Source: Phoronis australis
Taxonomy: Eukaryota > Animalia > Phoronida
Length of the DNA: 64,000 bases
Reading direction: 5' to 3'
Assembly (NCBI GenBank): GCA_002633005.1
Contig: NMRA01000136.1
Location: 299,657 to 363,656 of the forward strand
Program-made: the position numbers and the translations under genes
The notes under the pieces: generated by a model
The model's input: only the letters and a program-made list of their open reading frames with translations
Databases searched by the model: none
What the model was told of the DNA's origin: nothing
Shown here: positions 48,863 to 60,800 of the stretch, one piece after another
How positions within the stretch are numbered: the stretch's first letter is position 1
How the letters are laid out: each line of letters opens with the position of its first letter

Positions 48863-51800
48863 ATGGCTTCTGCTGAAGTTGCCCAACCTTCACAAACTGC
48901 GGAAAGTTTGGACTGCAAAGTTACGGATGGTAATCCGCCCGTGAACAGTGACTCTCCACGAACACCGGAAGATGATGATAAAAATCCTTGGCAGACGGTG
49001 GTTAACTCAAAAGAAGCGAGGACTCCACTGAAAGCTGACACAAAAATATCCAACAAAGAAAATCGGAATAGAGATCGAGAAGGACGGCGTAAGGATACGA
49101 GAGAAACAAAAGCTACTGCAAAGGAGAAAGAGAATTCCGATGAAGAGAACTGCGAAAAACCTGTGAAACAGCCTGATGGCCCAAAAAAGTTTGACAATAA
49201 AAACTTCGTTGAAGCACCGCCTCCAAAGACAAATCCATGGGCTAAAAGGACAATTGTTCAGACTGAGCCGGTCAAAGTGCAAGACCCTCCTCCAGTAGTT
49301 GCAATACCACAGCAGCCTGTGGTAATACAAAAAAGCGAAGAACCAGGTTTGTAAGAACTGTGAGATGAGGATCTCTGAATTCATTAGGCGGTATTAGTGA
49401 AACAAAGGTCTCCCCTAATGTGAGGCATTTACTTTACATGGGAACTTTACTTTCAAAAACTGCTTTTTGTTCTTGATATTCTTGTCACATAATTACAACA
49501 CGGCCCTGTCTTTATTTGCACCACCTAATGAATACTGAGTCACTGTGTTGTCTATTTAAAAATTAGTAGAAGTCACTCACAGGGGCCCACATTTTGGGAA
49601 CCAGTTTTCTCAACTAACTAAGAGACAACAAACTGGTTCTCAAAATGTGGGACCATGTGAGTCACTAATGTATAGGAAATCAATGCTGAGACATTTGTTT
49701 AGAAGTTCGTTTGGGAGCTTCACTTTTGTTCACTCATGAAGTGAAAATTAACTCCATGCTTCTTGCTCATAATGTGTGTCCGAATCTCTGGTGGAGTTTA
49801 AACAAATAATTGCAGGCGGTCTGGTACACTTTGTACCAGAGTTGCGCAAGAGATCAGGTGGGTCCATTGCACCGATCACCTGGAAACATTTCATGCTTTA
49901 TTAATATGTAATTAAAACTGAGCTGAAGAGTTTGACATCTGACTCAAGGGTCCAGCAGTGCGCCCTAGTGGGATTAGAACACACCACCTTGAGTAAAGGA
50001 AGCACACACTTATCTCACTGGGCCACACTGCCTCGTCTACAAAAGGTTTAGGTTGCCAGCTCACTAGATGCAGTTCCCTTACTGCAGGTAACTTCTTAGG
50101 ATCAGCGGGCATGTCGTTTGACTTAACTATATTCCCAAAATAGCTATGTTGAGAGTATACAAACGAAAGCATTCTGCGAGATGTGAGCAATCAAACTCGC
50201 ACAGTTAGCACACGATGCAGGCTTTGCCCATAAATCAGTCACGGTGTGGTCACAGTGGGGGACATGGCCAATGCAACACGAACTTAGCCGCTGCGCACGA
50301 TGTGGCAACCGATGGGTACTGACTTGGTACCAGCGATGCTTCAGTGATGTGTGGGTACCTTATAAAGGGAAGACAAGGATTTAAGGATTTGTGAGGCTAT
50401 TTAGTGAATGAGGTGTACATGAAAGGGACTCGAACACACTTACAGGCAAGTCTGTGTGATTGTGGATGGGTATTGATCAGTAATTGAACTCCAAATACAA
50501 AAGGTTTACTAATATCCCAACAAAAGATGCAGCCACCATTTACGTACAATACTTAATCATTAACATTTTAGTTCTTCATCTTCCATTTGTTTTGGTTAGA
50601 ATTTTTGTTAATGCGCAATAATTATTGTACTTTGAGAAGTTTTGCATTCCACGACCTTCAGAGGTACAGTTATTCGTAATTGTAATGCAAAGCACAATAA
50701 GTTACTGTAATAGTTTTGATGTAAAGTCATTCCATGTTTTTTTTTTCTCGTAAGAAAGTAACTTTTCATGTTACAAATGATCACTTTTTGAGTGCAACTA
50801 ACAATTGGTTTCCGTATAGTATGCGTTAGTGAAAGCACACGATGAACTGGCTAAGGGTTCTCACAATTGATGTATTGGATTGTCATTTAGTTTTATTCAT
50901 CAGTTCACTGCTGTTGAAATAAGTGCGAACTGACCTTACTCGGCCCTCTGATTTTCCACACTGCATAGTGCCTAGCTGTACTTGCTGGCATATAGAGTTT
51001 GCGTGTATTATGCAGCGAGGCGACTGGTGTCTGTGATGTCCAGGTTTTGTTAACCGATGGATGATTCGGGAAATGCTGGTATCGTATACTGTCATCTCAA
51101 GGCTTGAGTAGTTGGTCCACAGTATGGTGAAACACGGTCATAAATAATGTCAACATTTTCAAAAAAATAAACTTCAACATGAGATTCTGCTTTATTGTTT
51201 GTTAGCATGGTGGGTACTGCATAACAGCTTGACCCTTTTCATGCACTTAGCTTGGCAAATCTAAACATTTTTTTCAATTATTTTTGTATCAAAGAACTGA
51301 AGAATTCTTGTAGCTCTGTCTTGGTGCTTGTTGTTGGCTAGGTTTTAACTCTCATGTGCACGTCACACCATCCAAGCATTTTAAACCCTTTGGGCTACAA
51401 TGTTCCAATGTATGTTGTGAGTCCGAACCATGATTTATTTATTATTTTTCAAAATAGTGGCTGCTGATGAGTGAAGTGGTCTCTTTACTATAAAATATTG
51501 ACAGAGCTTGTCGTTTCAGTGCTGATCACAGTAGAGGGGGGAATGCCTTACTTAATGTTCGAAGTCCATGTTCTCGTCGTGAAGGGTTTGTGTGTGAGGC
51601 CATGGTAACGGTTGTCGAACAAAATGTGAGGTCACATGGGCGACCGACCTACAGGCCGCCAAATGGAACATTGGCTTGTGCGCAGGAGACACTAGTGTCG
51701 CTACCTACTCCCCCTGTTGTCACGATATCAAAAAACATTTATTTCTGCCCTTAATTCATATGTGGAATAGTTTTTTGAAGTTGAAGGGTGACCCCTGTCC

Positions 51801-54800
51801 TCCGCAAGTTTTCGTGCATCTCATTTTAAATAAAACTTTCCTTAAGGTGTGTCCATGGTCCAGCTTACTGGTTGGTTATCTGTAAGACTGTTTTCTAGGT
51901 CAAATGCAATCATCAATGTGATAGTGCTGTTGAAGTCATCACTTGTTGTTGCTCTTATGTGAGTTAGTGTGTCCTTGCTACACATCATTAGGTTATAAAG
52001 AATTGGAGTCACAGGTCCTTATATAGTTGGGCTCATTGTTAATATTTTGGATTACTTTAGGTTATGTAGGACCTTGTTCACAAGGCTGCATTCAGTCAAA
52101 TGTCTACAAAACTGAAGATATATTTGGAAGCAGGAGCTCAATGGAATTTGGCTTGGTACTTAATTCCAGTCAGTCCTTGATAGGGTCACATCATTTTAGT
52201 AAATTTATCAGAAAGAATGAAAGTCATAGTAAAACCTTGGTATTAATAAACTGGTCAAATTTTGTTTCAAGTATAGGATCAACATGCTATTTTTTGTTTT
52301 ATGCAACTGGGCTTGTGAACGCCCTAGTGTTGCTCTTGTTCATAAAAGTTATAAAAGTCCTATTTTTGATAGCCTATGATGGAAAGTGAGTAAATTTGAA
52401 GAGGATAGTTAGGTGAGTTTTGAAGAAGATTGCTTGTCCTCGTGTTAAAATTTTTTTGTCGAAAAAATTTTCAAAAAAAATACATTTCTATAACAGCCAA
52501 AAAATTACAGAAATGTAATTTTTTGGCTGTTATAGACAAATTGCTTTGAAATTCATCAATTTTCATTCATTCTATTGTAAATTGCATAAATGTCACTGGA
52601 GATAATGCCTTCTTTTGTAAAAATGTGACCTTACAGTTGCGGTGATATTTTGCTCTTGGAGTGACCAGAAATCTGTATTTTTGTAGTTAGCATTTGTTCC
52701 ACCTGCCTGTGAATACCCTTTTACAGTCTGCTCAAGTGTCGTCTATTCCTAGTCTAATCAGCAGCTGCTACGGTTCCCAGCTTTTGCCAGTGTTTGACTT
52801 ACACACGCCTGCATCATGGCCGGTCTGTTTCCATGACGGTTGCTCAACAGGTTCCCAGGGTAAACAGGCCTCTATCGTAACAGTTTCCTGATCTATGTAG
52901 TCAAGCGTGATGATTAAACATTATTTTCATTTCATTTTATTCCTTGTTATTTTTGTCTGCCATTGGTTATATGAGGTGTTGATCATTCAGTCTGTTAGAT
53001 CTCCCTTGTACACACTGTTCTCACAGCAGAAAATTTGAAATTGACTGGAATTCCAATATCATGTACATGTTCGAAGGCCCATGTCCACACTGTGGGGAGT
53101 GTGTGTTAAGTCTTGACATAAATGCATTGATCTGGTACCAGAAAGTCCTAATTCTCGTACTTAACAATGGCTAATCTCCCTATACTTTAAACTTGTTGCA
53201 TAGGTTTTCTAAATCCACACATGTAAGTCAAACTGGTCACTGCAAAATACAAAATGGTTATTTTGACCAGTCAATACGGGTTGGGGAGTACACTGAAAAA
53301 TATAATGTACAAAGCTCTCCTTGACCAGTTTTAACAGGTCGCCGTGACCTGGTTGATTTTGCCTCTGGCTTGTTTAAATAGCACATGACACAGTTTTTTT
53401 CACTTGGAACAAAAAAGTATCATCTTAATGTGTTCACTATGATATGCAGGTGCTGCTCACTGTCTGAAATTTCAAATTGGTGGTAAGCGCGGGACCTGCT
53501 GTGAATTCTTGAATTTTTTAGAACACCAACGTGGTTGTTGTTATCAGCAACTGAGTTAATATGCACATGCTTGTGTTACTGTAGTGCCAATTGTAAATGA
53601 ATTGTCTATTGATACAGTCATCGTATATAACTTTATTCGTATTAAGTGAGTGTTACTTTCCCTTGCTGAGGTCATTACAGCCTATATTAGAATGGCTATT
53701 AACCCACATTTTGTCCAGCATGCTAACTTGTGATGAGACCACTTACCACGGTAAAATTGGTCTCCACTTGTTTCTGGGTTTACAAAGTATACTGATGGTC
53801 CATTTGTTGACACCATGATAGGTGCATAAAATGACACGTCAAGTCAGCATGTAGAACTTCATCTCGATGAATTACGAACTTTTAAGTTTTTTGAAGGTAC
53901 AGTAAAAATTCTTCAATTTGGAACAAAAAATAATTGCTAATATTGACATATTTCTACTTTTCAATGGCTTACCACATTGATGCAAATGCTGGAAATTTTG
54001 TCAAATTTTGGTTGATGATGGCTAAGCCAAACAAACCGTGGGAAAAGTAAAGTAAATTTTCTCGAAAAGCTATCTTTTGAGAAATTTGACAAATTAGAAT
54101 TTCACCTGTCTACCATATTGTGTCCCAAACTGAAGACTTTGTACCATAAGGGGTTGAAATCAAATCTTTTTTTGTGAGAACAGGTGAGTTTTCATACTTG
54201 CCAATACAGTCAGGTTTTGATCTCATTTTTTCTTCCTGGTGTCTTCTTGTGGGTACGTTTAAGATTTGATTCCGTCTGAGGTATTGAGTTCGATAAGATT
54301 CGAAATGAAATGAATTCTCATTTAAATGAAATGCTTTTTCATTCTGATGTCAACATTTTTGCATGAGGGATTAGAAACAGAGGTGAGGCTTAATAAATTC
54401 AATGAAAAGTAAGGTAATTCCCAGACCATTTCAGTGTTCTCCACGACCGGTTTTGACTCGACGCAGCAACAAGTTTAAATTTTGCCACGTCGAGTTTAGA
54501 GAATGCGCATCGAGTTTGAAAAGTGCCGCGCCAAGTTAAAACCTTGGCTGGCTTGGCACTTTCGCCCTCAGAATCATAAATGAGGGTGAATGAACCTACA
54601 TCATAACTAGTTCCTTATAAATATATGACCCAATTTTTGTATTAATAGAGTGTAAATTATTGCTAAAAATCTGAAGAAATTCTTTTTCTAACATAATTTT
54701 ATGGTGTCAGCTACCTTACCTTAATAATTGACTAGCCAGCAATATCAATTTAACTTTGAAATTTTGCAATTAAACCTGTAAATTAACAATTTGATATGCT

Positions 54801-57800
54801 TAATTTGAAGGATTTTGATTTTGACTGGCATCTAGTGGCGAATTAGAACTTATTCAACTGGACAATAGGTGTTACTAAAAACTAACAGTATTTAATAAGT
54901 AGAATTGATAATAGAATTGACATTTTTATTATTAAAGGAATTTATAACCTTTAGTTTGATTTTCTGAGTCTGTCATAAGTGCTTTGGAGGACTTGTGGTG
55001 AAAAATTGGTAGGAAAGTCAAAAAGTAGGTCACACAGTTCAGTGTAAACTTTTAAAACGTATATAAATACACAGTGACCATGATTTTAGGGAAAGAACAG
55101 TGTTTACTACTAACAAAAAAAATTTGCGTCGAGTTTGGAGAACACTGCATTTTTATGCGCCCACGTATTTATATGTGGACGCATTATGCTGTCATCTCCG
55201 TCCGTCCGTCTGGGGAGCGTCCGTCCGGCGTCTGCTGCTCTATCTCCAAAACCCATTGACATACTTTCATGAAATTTGGCACATATGTTCCATTCATGAA
55301 TGGGACGGCATGAGCGAACTTTCGGATGGATCCGACTACCAGTGTGCCCCCTAGTGGCAATTTTAGTTTTATACGCTTACCTTTGTATCTTCAAAAGTCC
55401 TGAATGGATTTTCATGAAATTTGTTATGTAGGCACCTATTAGTAGGATGACACTATCCTCCCGTTTTCTGTTGGATTTGACGTAGTTTGCGCCACCTAGT
55501 GGCCATTTTTATTGTTTTCGAGTCCACCCCTCTATCAACCAAACCACTCAAAGGATGATTGTGAAAATTGGCGTGTATGTGCCGACGATTTTGACTACTG
55601 TGGCGCCTCCTAGTGGTAGTTTTGGTTTTGTCTCGCCTATGGCTGTATCTCCTAAACCATTTGCAGGATCTTTACTTAATTTAGCAAGTGTATTTATATG
55701 ATATTGATTACGTGTGACGATGACTTTCGGACAGATCTGATTACTGCTGTGCCCCCTAGTGGCAATTTTATTTTTTTATGTTTAACTCAGTGTCTTCAAA
55801 GGACCTCAACAGATTTTCATAAAATTTTTAAATATAGACATCTATTGGTGTGATGACGCTATCTTCCTGTTTTTGGATGGAATCGAGGTATTTTGCACCA
55901 TCTAGTGGCCATTTTTGCTGTTTTCAAATCTTGTTTTTGGTGTCCACCACTGTATCAACCAAATCATTTGAAAATTGGCATATGTGTTTTCAGTGTGAAG
56001 ACGACCTTTGATGATGGTGACTGACTACTGTGGCGATTCCTAGTGGTAGTTTTGTTTCGCGCCCACAGTTGTATCTTTTAAACCCACTGCAGGATCTTTA
56101 CTAAATTTATTAAGTGTATTTATATGAAGATATCAACAGACGATGACGACGACTTTCAGGCGGATCCAACGGCCCCTGTGCCCACTAATGCCAATTTCAT
56201 TTTATTCTGTTTTCCTTTGTTTCTCTGAAGTTCCTTGACAGATTTTTATGAAATATGGTATGTTCCAATTTTTGGATGGATTTTTTGTTTTTGCGCCGTC
56301 TTGTGGCCATTTGTATGATACAAATAAATAACCCTAAAAGCACACTATTTGCAATGCATTCGTGGGCGCATTTCAATGCTCCGTGTTGCTCTTGTTATGT
56401 TATTGATCACCGTGAGATAGTAATTTTGCTAATTACAAGAAAGCGGAATTTCTTGTTTGCTAAAATGAGTTTCTCTGTTTTTGAAAATGGAAAATCTGAA
56501 TATATGCAGGTTATCAGCTAATGATGTGTTTGTCTGGTTATCACCAGCTGCTCTCAGTGCGATATCTGGTATGAAGGTACTCTGTGCTTCTGTGAAGTAA
56601 TACCTGTGATGCACTCTAGTGAACTCAAAATGCTACTGGGCTACACTTGTTTTTTGCACTTGAGAGTCATGCCTGCAGGAGTTGTGAAACCTAATTTTTT
56701 CACTCCGATTCATACCTGTTGCCTGTTCAGGTGTAATTGTATGGTAATGTACTTGAAGCTTGGTTCTATTCTCCAGTGTGCTAATTTTGTTATCTCATTG
56801 GCTGATCCATGATGTTACTTGTCTGGTCTGACAACATGTCTTATCATCTGTAAAATCCAGAATTTTTATCGTAAAATTATTGATCAAATTTAGAACGCTT
56901 ATGGCAACTGAAACTTGGAACTAACTTATTTCGCACGATTTGTAACCAGTGTTTGGCTGCTGTTTGTTGTCTGGTTCATTGTGTCGATTTATGCACCCTC
57001 TATTGGGTGTCCAAGTGGTTATGTCGCTATACACAGTATGATTTGAGACAAAGGTTCTGTATTTGTTGACATGGTGCATGTTTGTCTACTAGTGGCCTCA
57101 ACTGTCATGAGTACAGTTTCTCATACGATCTCTCAGCCGGGGGTTATACAGGATTCGGAAACTGGGAGTTCAATTTTTCCAAAAAAAATGACCGAATTCG
57201 ACGTTCATAGTAAAGATGTCAATGTCGACTAAGTCAAAAATGTCCAACACCGAGATAAAGTTTTCTGTAGGAATGACGGTGTAAGGTGCCTTGGTAAAAT
57301 ACTTAAACATTTTTCTATATCTTTCCGCAGCAGACGACATAATTAAGTATGTAGAATGCGCATGATGGGAACGGATAATACTGGCTGTGGAAAATTGTGG
57401 AATTGCTCCCCCCAAAACCGCAAAGGTCGCGCAATACTATTAAAGTGAAGAGTTGTGGTGACACCATAAATATTGGATCAGCCAATGAGATGAGCTAAAT
57501 ATCGATTGGCCAGTGACAATGGGAAATGCATCAAAAATAACCAATAGTATTCGTCTTAGTGAGAAATGCACAAGCAACAACTCATAAGAGTCACCAAAAA
57601 CCTTTCCATTCAGAAGTATGTTAGGTCAGTGTCGCGGGGCGTGCGGAATATTGAAAAATGCACAAAGGAAGCACTTTTGACGCAGTAAAATTTCTTACTT
57701 CTGAAATGACTCACGGTCTATTTATGTGAGCAATGTCAGACCAGCCGATAATATTAAAAAAAGTGGTCGTCATTTCAAGCAACATTTTAAATTTTTGCCG

Positions 57801-60800
57801 GTCTTTAGTAATTCTGGCCACCCCATCAAACCGTCCAAAATAAAATTCAAGACGACCACTGTATAAACCCCTGTCTTTCAGTAGGTGGCAATTTTGTTAG
57901 TGCATAACTGTTATAAATATAACATAATTCTTGAAACCTTTTAGTCATGTTGCATTGGTTGGCTTTTAGGCATTAAAGGAGGGGATTGGAGTTATTTATA
58001 AAGTAACAGCTAATCTGTTTTGAATTGTCATCTTGGTATTGGGTGTTTGGGTCACTGACTTGTGTGTGGGTGAGGTGGTCATGGTACCATGTTGAAACAT
58101 TGCACATGCTCAAGCCACGTATCAAAGCAGAGAATTTGAAGTGATTTGTTGTCTCTTCATTGTTGAATTCACGGGAGCATGCGTTCTGTTCACGTGGCAA
58201 ATGTTCAAACTGCTAAAACGTTTTAACGGAGTTGAACGGCAGCTGCTAGTTGTCACTTGAAGTGTTATTAGCCGCATCTATCTTGTCTGTTTCAACGTCA
58301 TTTGGCACGTGCTAATTTATGGAAATGCTTGTGTGTGGTGTGCTAAGATGTTGCGTCTAAAATGCTCTGCTAGGCAAATTTAAATCCTTGAAACGTTCTA
58401 GTTAAACACTGTGAAGTGCTGTGAATCCAACTTAAGATTTGGATGAAGCAATAATTTCACCAGTTAGATGTGGAGTGAAATACCGCCTGAAAAGTAAACA
58501 CTTGTCATGTGTTGTCTTCAGTTTGAGTTGTGTTTGTAAACGCGACATTTTGTTTCTCTTGCAGCTGCGGAGGTGGCCCCTGCAGTTGTGAAAACCAGTC
58601 CAAAGGTGACGTCCAAAACACAGGTACTGACATGGATTTGTAGATGATGTGTCTAAGCACTATCAGTGCAATCCCCACAGTAGCACTTCATTTCAAGTTA
58701 TTTAAACTGTCTGCCATCCTTTTTCAGTTGTCCAGCTTTTGATTTTGGCCAACTACTGGTGTGGACTTATCAAATTGTTTACTAAGAGAAGATGTGCTTT
58801 CTAGGCTTAGGAACAACTAACAGTTAATTCCTTCTCGAGTCCGTACATCAGTAAGTTGACTCACAGACTATAGTACATGGACCGCCAACTCCATATACTT
58901 TCAATGGATGAAATCTGCTCTTACAGAAGCAATGACATATTCACTAGCGACATCTGGCCAAATTATCTGGTGTTATTTCCGTCAAGTAGGTCGTCTGCTA
59001 ATCATGGTTCGTTGTTGCATTGTCACAATACACTAGCTGGAAACTGCATCAGATAATTTAGGAGAGTGGTCCCCCCTCTAGGATATTGCGCAAAAAAATG
59101 TCGGGAGTTGCGAATCTGTTGTCTATAATCTATGATTGACTTGACTCACCGAGTCACTGTGCGCATGTGCGGGAGCGTGGCCTCGAGCATGGCCTCGATG
59201 GAGAACGAGACGTCACCTCTTACCAAGCCCAGAACTCACTGCTAATCTGAATAAGAAACGAGCTGTGACCTGTTCAGAATGACATGAGAGACAACAACTT
59301 AAAAATCACACTCTTCACTTATTTCGTGCAAAAATAATTCCTGTTTGGAAGGCTGATTACTTTGTCGCGTGTTGTAGAAATTTACCAAATGTGTTTTGGT
59401 GACATCTATATAGTACACTCCAGCTAAAGTTAATGAGAATTCTCGATCTTTAGTTTTTTTGAAAAAATATACTTTCACTAGTCCGTCATATTGTGTGCCA
59501 AATAGGTGAAGAATTACCTCAGTTGTTTTGTTTTACGTTTACTAATAGTAGAGGATGCTGGTTATCTTGGAGACCTATTTGTGTGTGTTGATTTGTGTTA
59601 CACTCGCTTGTATTCACGATCCATGGAACAGTGAGAGTGACGCAGACGACCCAGCAGTAGGCCAACATTCACTTCCATTGAGTAAACACAGTGTGCTGTT
59701 GGCTGTGGGCCACGGTCTGTGTCGGTCATTGGTGTTTGCTCAGTGGTAGTGAACAGGAACCAAGATGTATCACTTCTATTATTGGGTGGAAAGTATTAGA
59801 ACCTGGAGTTCTTCTCTTTTAAGAGGATTTCCTTTCTTGGTTTGGATTTCCTCTTATTTGATTTCCAGTTTCCTCATTTTTCGTCTTTTTGTATCATTAT
59901 TTTGACCCGATTCATGCAAAAACAGTCATTTCAGTTAAATTTTATAACACGAAAAATATATATCACCCCAAGCATTTTTGTTTGTGGAACGATACATCAC
60001 CTGGAAAATGTTAATCTTTTTGCCATGGTTATTCCAAGCTCTGTAGTACATACATGGCAGAAGATGTCAGTGGGAGATAACGAGAGATCTGAAATTGTTA
60101 GTAATTTGAAGGTAATATCTACAGAATGGTTGTCTTCCGCATTAAAGGTAGTGTTTTATGGACATGTTACTTGTTGTCGTGTCTGGTTTTAACATTATTA
60201 TTAAAGGGCCCAATGTAATTATACCACCTGCATCACATTACTTGTGTCTTAATTGGAAAATGGAAATTGAACAATTTACGTAATAACGTGCTCATGTTGT
60301 CTTGAGATTATGAGGGATGTTATTATCTTTGATCACAACTGCGTAAACGTTGGGATACACTCTGAAATACATTGTAGGTTCGTATGGGATGTGCTTTTGA
60401 TCCCAGTGCAAGTTTTGTGTGATGATTTTTAAAAGCCACGGAAAACTCTGGACCTGTTTATTTTCAAAAACTAAACCCAATACGCCCGTTTTCGGTTATT
60501 TTTTTGCTTTTTAATCAGCCTTGAAGAAGTGACCTCTCATTACTGGAGACAGAACTTGTGTTCCCCTTATGTATTGAAAACAGTATGGCTGGATATGAAG
60601 TGGTTCTGTGACCCAACACTAGATGGAGTTATTAATTAGTACATTGACACCTACAACAAAAGCAATGTCCTGTTTGTCATATTAAAATCAAACATTTTCT
60701 GTGTTCTCCACAACCTGTTTTGATTCCTCCAAATAACAAGTTTGAATTTTGCTGTGACGAGTTAGGCTGACCTTTGTTGAGTTTGAAAAACAATGTAACA

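Noticed and set aside
48835-49384. Minus-strand ORFs of 120 and 125 aa
   Set aside because: Antisense to the LARP1 first coding exon; low-complexity mirror translations.
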